From Gemmatimonadales bacterium (lineage in GTDB: Bacteria; Gemmatimonadota; Gemmatimonadetes; Gemmatimonadales; GWC2-71-9): a stretch of DNA of 64,000 nt. A program made the position numbers and the translations under genes. The notes under the pieces were generated by a model. The model did no database searches. It saw only the letters and a list, made by a program, of their open reading frames with translations, and was not told the DNA's origin. Below are positions 59,488-64,000 of the stretch, one piece after another. Numbering within the stretch: position 1 is the first letter of the stretch; each line of letters opens with the position of its first letter. The stretch covers positions 224,001 through 288,000 of the forward strand of contig JBBCJC010000005.1 in NCBI GenBank assembly GCA_037189525.1, in the 5' to 3' direction.

Positions 59488-59488
59488 G

Positions 59489-60685
59489 ATGCGGCTACAC
59501 GGTCACCTTCTCCTGGTCGTCGCCGACGAACAGATCGCGGCGCACTATCGCACAATCCTCGAGCAGGTCGAGGGTCTGACGCTGACGGTGACCACCACCG
59601 CGGACGAGGCAGCTGCACTCGCCGGGGCGACTCCACCCGACATGGTGCTTGCCGAGCATCGCCCGCCGGTGTTGGATGGCCTGGCCCTGGCCGCCGCGAT
59701 GCGGGCCGACGAGACCCTCCGCGGAACGGGCATGGTGTTGATCAGCCCCGACCTGAGCCTGGCGGACCTGGCCCCGACGGCACGCATCGAAGACGTCATT
59801 TCCCCGAGCATTTCCAGCGGTGAACTGCTCGGCAAGGCGCGGGTCTGGTTCCGGATCAAGAGCATCCACGACGAGTTGCGCGCCGACAAGGCCGAACTCG
59901 AACGGCTGCATCGCCAGTCGGAGCAGCGGCTCCATCAACTGCTGGACCTGCTGGTCCATATCATCGATCTCTCGGTGCCCGGCAGCGCCACCCGCGGGCG
60001 CGAAACGGCGCGGCTCGCTGCGCGGCTTGCGGAGCGCTTCGAGGTCCCGACGACCCTCGAGCACGATCTCGATGTGGCGGCACGGCTCCAGGAGCTGGGC
60101 AAGCTCCTGCTGCGCGCCGATCGGGCGGATGCGGAAGGGCCGGAAGATCTCCGCGAGGGCGACGCCTGGCGCTATGCGGTGGCCACCAAGGAACTGCTGG
60201 AACGGACGGAAGGTCTGGACGGCGCCGCCGAACTGATCGGCACGATCTTCGAGAACTGGGACGGCACCGGCCATCCGGATCGCTTGCGGCAGGGACAGAT
60301 CCCGCTTCGCTCCCGGATTCTCCGTCTGGTGATCGACTACCTGCGTTTGATCGACTCGGGCGAGGTGCCCGACGCCGACGAGGCGCTGGCCCAGCTGCGC
60401 CAGCACGCCGGGACCCGGTACGATCCCCTGGCCGTCGCCCACTTCGACGCCATCCTCGCCGCGCCCAGCCAGGCCGGCTGGCGGGAAACCCGGGTCCGGC
60501 TGCCGGTGCACAGCCTGGCCGAGGGGATGATCGTGGCCGAGGACCTGACGACGAGCGCGGGCGTCAAACTGATGGCGCGGGGCGCGGTCATTACCTCCTC
60601 GATTCTCGACACCATCCTGCGCCGTCACCGGAGCGACCCCATCGTTCCGGGCGTCTGGGTCGAACGGGCCAGCATGCCGAGGTAG
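59489..60685 (+). CDS. Pseudo-receiver + degenerate HD-GYP domain protein
   Basis: REC lacks phospho-Asp (VLAEH); LQELGK in place of LHDIGK, FENWDGTGHP in place of HHERWDGSGYP; AGTRYDP. Confidence 0.8.
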   Translation: MRLHGHLLLVVADEQIAAHYRTILEQVEGLTLTVTTTADEAAALAGATPPDMVLAEHRPPVLDGLALAAAMRADETLRGTGMVLISPDLSLADLAPTARIEDVISPSISSGELLGKARVWFRIKSIHDELRADKAELERLHRQSEQRLHQLLDLLVHIIDLSVPGSATRGRETARLAARLAERFEVPTTLEHDLDVAARLQELGKLLLRADRADAEGPEDLREGDAWRYAVATKELLERTEGLDGAAELIGTIFENWDGTGHPDRLRQGQIPLRSRILRLVIDYLRLIDSGEVPDADEALAQLRQHAGTRYDPLAVAHFDAILAAPSQAGWRETRVRLPVHSLAEGMIVAEDLTTSAGVKLMARGAVITSSILDTILRRHRSDPIVPGVWVERASMPR

Positions 60686-60755
60686 CCCGGCGGGCCATTT
60701 GCCGGGTTCGGGTTCGCGGGCTAAGCTTCTAGGCTGTCCCTAAACCGTACCCGCC

Positions 60756-61469
60756 ATGAGCCTGCTTTCGCATTCCGAACCTCGCGTGCCCGCGCCGGCC
60801 CTCGCCGACCGCCTGATCAAACTGAATCGCGCGGACGTCGTGCAGCAGTTGCTGCGCGGCATTGCCCACGACCTTCGCAACAACCTCCAGGTCGTGGCCC
60901 TCGGCTCGAGTCTCGGCGAAGAAAGCCGCGGGACGGCCATCGGATTTCGTATCGAGCGCGCGCTCGACGATATGGTCGGGGGACTCGACCTCCTGGCGAT
61001 GCTGGGCCATCCGTCGCCGACGGCCAGCGTTCATACCGACATTGCGGAAGTCCTGATTGCGATGCAGCAGCTGACCGATCTGCAGCGGAACCTCCCGACC
61101 GTTCCACTGGTCGTCGAGCCGCCCAATACGATCGTCGCCGCGATTCCACGGACCATGCTGCTGCAGATCCTGCTCAATCTGGTGGCGAATGCGAAGGAAG
61201 CGGTAGGCACGACCGGCACGCCGATCGGGATTGCCGTCGAACGGAACGATAGCACCGTCTCGCTCACGATCGACAACGAGGGCGAGTCGATTCCCGCCGA
61301 CGCCGGCGCCGCGTTCATGACGACGCGGGACCCGGCCACCCATGCCGGGATCGGGCTGTTCGTCAGCCGGACACTGGCCGAGCGTTCAGGGGGGACGTTG
61401 ACGTGGGCGCCTCGGGCGGGCGGCGGTACGAGTGCCCGCCTTACCCTGCCCGTCAGCGACCTAAGTTGA
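60756..61469 (+). CDS. Sensorless histidine kinase core (HisKA + HATPase)
   Basis: IAHDLRNNL H box, LLNLVANAKEA N box, FMTTR, AGIGLFVSR G2. Confidence 0.8.
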   Translation: MSLLSHSEPRVPAPALADRLIKLNRADVVQQLLRGIAHDLRNNLQVVALGSSLGEESRGTAIGFRIERALDDMVGGLDLLAMLGHPSPTASVHTDIAEVLIAMQQLTDLQRNLPTVPLVVEPPNTIVAAIPRTMLLQILLNLVANAKEAVGTTGTPIGIAVERNDSTVSLTIDNEGESIPADAGAAFMTTRDPATHAGIGLFVSRTLAERSGGTLTWAPRAGGGTSARLTLPVSDLS

Positions 61470-62925
61470 TCAGCTCCCGCAGCATTTCGTCGGCCGCCTG
61501 GACCAGACGGGCGGCGGCGGCATAGGCCTGCTGGTGCTGAATCAGCGCGACCATTTCCTCATCGATGTTCACCCCTGATACGGCCTGCCGCTGCGCCGTG
61601 ATGTTGCCGACCAGGACGCCCTGCGCAGCAGCCCGGTTCCCCGCGTCCTGCGTCACCACGCCGAGCGCAGCAACCACACCGGTGTAGTAATCGCCGAGCG
61701 CGGCAACGGGGCCGGCGGCCACGGCGGGTGAATTGGCGGTGGCCCCGGTGGCGCCGGGAATCGGAACGGCCAGGTAGCGCAGCTCGCCCAGCCGGAGCGC
61801 GATGCTGTTGTCGCCCGGACCGGTACTCCACCCCGAGGCAATCTGGGTCGGATCGGCTTGAATGCCCGGGTCGAGCGAAATCGACGCTGCGGTGACCCCG
61901 GCCGGATTGAAGAACGGCCCGATGGCGCGGAGCGGCGCGGGCGCCGGCGTCAGGGTGGGCTGCAGCGGCTTGAGGGCGGGGTCGTAGTCGCTGTGGATCT
62001 GGTTGACGGCGGAGACGATCCCGAGCGCCAGATCGTCGAGCTGGCCTCGGAGCCCGGTGGCCCGGGTCAGCGAGGTTCCGCGCACGCCGATCGTGTCGGC
62101 GGCATCGAGCAGACCCTTGAGCGAGCCGCTCTTGGGCACGATCGCCGCCGGCGGGTCGCCCAGCTGCAGCTGGTAGGGACCGGTTCCGCCGATCGACAGG
62201 GGCTGGGCCCCTCCCCCGCTGCTGACCAACTGGATCCCGCCGAGCAACACGTCGACGGTACCGGCGTCGCGACCGACCACCCGGATATCGAAGGTCTGGC
62301 TCAGCCGGTCGAGGAAGACATCCCGCCGATCGAGCAGGTCGGGGGCGTTGCCGCCCATCTGCCGGATCTGGGTGTTGAGGGCGTCGACTTCCGCCAGCAT
62401 CCCGTTGGCCTCGGTCGTTGCCTGACGAAGCCCGGCCACCACGTTCTGGGTAATCCCCTCGAGCCGAGTATCGATGCTGCGGAACCGATCGGTCAGCACG
62501 GTGGCGTTGGCCATGACCACGGCGCGCGCGGTCGGATCGGCCGGGTTCGACGCCAGCGTCTGGAACGAATCGATCAGCGCATCGAGCGCGGCCGTGATGC
62601 CGACATCGCTCGGTTCGCCGAGCACACCGGAAACCTGCTCGAGCGACTGACGCAACGCATCGAAGCGAGCGCCGGTTCCCGCCTCCTGCCGCCAGCTCGT
62701 GTCATAAAAGGCATCGCGCACGCGATTGATGCCGCTGACGTCGACACCCCGACCCATCTGCAGCATATAGCCGAGCGTCTGAGGCGTCGCCGCGGTGAGA
62801 CCGACCTGCTGGCGGCTGTATCCCGGCGTCTGCGCATTGGCCACGTTGTGACCGATGGTGCCGATGGCGCGCTGATGCGCCTTCAGGGCACCGCTGGCGA
62901 TCGACAGAAGGTTTCCAAGCGACAT
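61453..62925 (-). CDS. flgK: Flagellar hook-associated protein FlgK
   Basis: GHNVANAQTPGYSRQ, GRGV, LLDRRD, SGVNIDEEM..L...QQAYAAAAR. Confidence 0.95.
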   Translation of the reverse strand: MSLGNLLSIASGALKAHQRAIGTIGHNVANAQTPGYSRQQVGLTAATPQTLGYMLQMGRGVDVSGINRVRDAFYDTSWRQEAGTGARFDALRQSLEQVSGVLGEPSDVGITAALDALIDSFQTLASNPADPTARAVVMANATVLTDRFRSIDTRLEGITQNVVAGLRQATTEANGMLAEVDALNTQIRQMGGNAPDLLDRRDVFLDRLSQTFDIRVVGRDAGTVDVLLGGIQLVSSGGGAQPLSIGGTGPYQLQLGDPPAAIVPKSGSLKGLLDAADTIGVRGTSLTRATGLRGQLDDLALGIVSAVNQIHSDYDPALKPLQPTLTPAPAPLRAIGPFFNPAGVTAASISLDPGIQADPTQIASGWSTGPGDNSIALRLGELRYLAVPIPGATGATANSPAVAAGPVAALGDYYTGVVAALGVVTQDAGNRAAAQGVLVGNITAQRQAVSGVNIDEEMVALIQHQQAYAAAARLVQAADEMLRELINLGR

Positions 62926-62927
62926 GA

Positions 62928-63437
62928 TCAGGCTCGCTGATTGAGCAACACACCGCGCTCGGCGTCGGCGTCGGGTGACGCCGTTCCCGGGGTGGTGAGC
63001 AACCGCTGGAGAAACTGCTCACCCAGCGTAATGGCCTGGCGCAATGCCAGCTGGTTCACCTGCAGTTCCCGGCTCGCCATCAGCGCCACCGCGTGCAGCT
63101 CTCGACAAAGCGCGCGGAACGGCTCGGCCACCGACAGCGGCAACTGGGCTGCGACATCCGACAGCGTGGTCGCCCCCTGCCCGCCGATCAGCTCGACCAG
63201 GACGGTGCGTTGCCGCCGGGCCTCGCGGATCGTGAGCAGAGTCCGGCCGATCTGCTGGACCACCTGTTCGAGCAGCGCGGTGTCGTTGGCCGCCAGGCCG
63301 GCCCGCTGTTCGACCAGCTGCAGCTGCAACTCGCCCAACAGGTCCTGCTCCGCCCGTAAGCTCCGCACCAGCGGTCCCAAGCCTTCGACCACGTCCCAGG
63401 CGAGGTCTACCTGCCGATCATCGACTGCCGTCGCCAT
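62928..63437 (-). CDS. flgN: FlgN-like flagellar export chaperone
   Basis: Helical ~169 aa protein between flgJ and flgK; LQVNQLAL, GVLLNQRA tail. Confidence 0.7.
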   Translation of the reverse strand: MATAVDDRQVDLAWDVVEGLGPLVRSLRAEQDLLGELQLQLVEQRAGLAANDTALLEQVVQQIGRTLLTIREARRQRTVLVELIGGQGATTLSDVAAQLPLSVAEPFRALCRELHAVALMASRELQVNQLALRQAITLGEQFLQRLLTTPGTASPDADAERGVLLNQRA

Positions 63438-63738
63438 GTCCCGTTCCCGTTTCCGTAATGTTGGGCGCCAGCCGCGCTGCCAGCTGACGATAGAGGGCGT
63501 CTCCCAAGCCATGCTCCGAACGGGCCGCGGCCTCGCGGGCCAGCGTTTCGTCGAGCATGGCCGTGAACATCTCCTGACCCTGGCCTTCGTCCTCCGTCGG
63601 GACGGTGGCGCGCATCTCCTTGAAGAGCTGCGCCAGGAAGACCCCTTCGAATTCCTTGGCGGCCGCCCGAAGCCGTTCATCCTGGCTCCGCTGCCCCGCC
63701 CCTGCCACACCCGCGGCTCCGATCCGGATATCCGTCAT
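63418..63738 (-). CDS. flgJ: FlgJ rod-binding domain protein (no muramidase domain)
   Basis: LRAAAKEFEGVFLAQLFKEMRATV..MFTAMLD..GLGDALYRQL. Confidence 0.9.
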   Translation of the reverse strand: MTDIRIGAAGVAGAGQRSQDERLRAAAKEFEGVFLAQLFKEMRATVPTEDEGQGQEMFTAMLDETLAREAAARSEHGLGDALYRQLAARLAPNITETGTGHGDGSR

Positions 63739-64000
63739 CGGACGATCACATCCGCTCGCACGGCGCCGGCGGCGCGCAGGGCCTCGAAGATCGCGGCCAC
63801 CTCGGGCGGACGGGCGCCGGCGGCGTGCAGCCCCGCAACCAGCGTTTGCACGCTCGATCCCGGGTTGGCGCGCACCAGACCTGCTCCGCCGCCACCGCCG
63901 TCAGCCGCGGTATCTCCGGTCGCTGCGGCCGTGGCGTCACCGCCGACCTGCACCGTGATGCCGCGATGGCTCACCGTCGCGGCGCCCAGCCGGATCTCGC
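63735..64000 (-). CDS. flgI: Flagellar P-ring protein FlgI, C-terminal part (truncated by window edge)
   Basis: TVSHRGITVQV and LVAGLHAAGARPPEVAAIFEALRAAGAVRAD C-terminal motif; upstream of flgJ. Confidence 0.88.
   Translation of the reverse strand, partial: EIRLGAATVSHRGITVQVGGDATAAATGDTAADGGGGGAGLVRANPGSSVQTLVAGLHAAGARPPEVAAIFEALRAAGAVRADVIVR

Overview
High-GC bacterial chromosome segment; gene content and order suggest Gemmatimonadota (inference, not database-confirmed). From ~56.4 kb down to position 1, all genes I can support lie on the minus strand. In transcription order: conserved hypothetical-fahA-pdxH-S9 peptidase-CDF transporter-tilS-hpt-ftsH-DUF2723-yggS-divIVA-ileS-dksA/traR-lspA-rluD; then a tightly coupled ~16 kb signalling cluster (cheW-cheY-cheA-cheC-TPR-DUF4388/MshEN/TPR-three roadblock proteins-mglA-tandem DnaA-like AAA+-DUF4388/MshEN/TPR-cheR-cheD-TPR-HEXXH peptidase); then tRNA-Val, a TPR-like exported protein, tRNA-Asp, the dcw cluster (rsmH to ftsZ, without mraZ, murB or ddl), an M23 peptidase, ftsY and the 5' end of recG. 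The right end holds a divergent plus-strand motility/c-di-GMP unit (REC-GGDEF, motA, motB, degenerate REC/HD-GYP, sensorless kinase) converging on flgK-flgN-flgJ-flgI. The best candidate for an undescribed system is the receptor-less, CheB-less F1-like chemosensory operon. It is interleaved with an MglAB polarity GTPase module, predicted c-di-GMP-binding MshEN proteins and a double DnaA-type ATPase that lacks a DNA-binding domain. No CRISPR array, integrase or IS element was seen.
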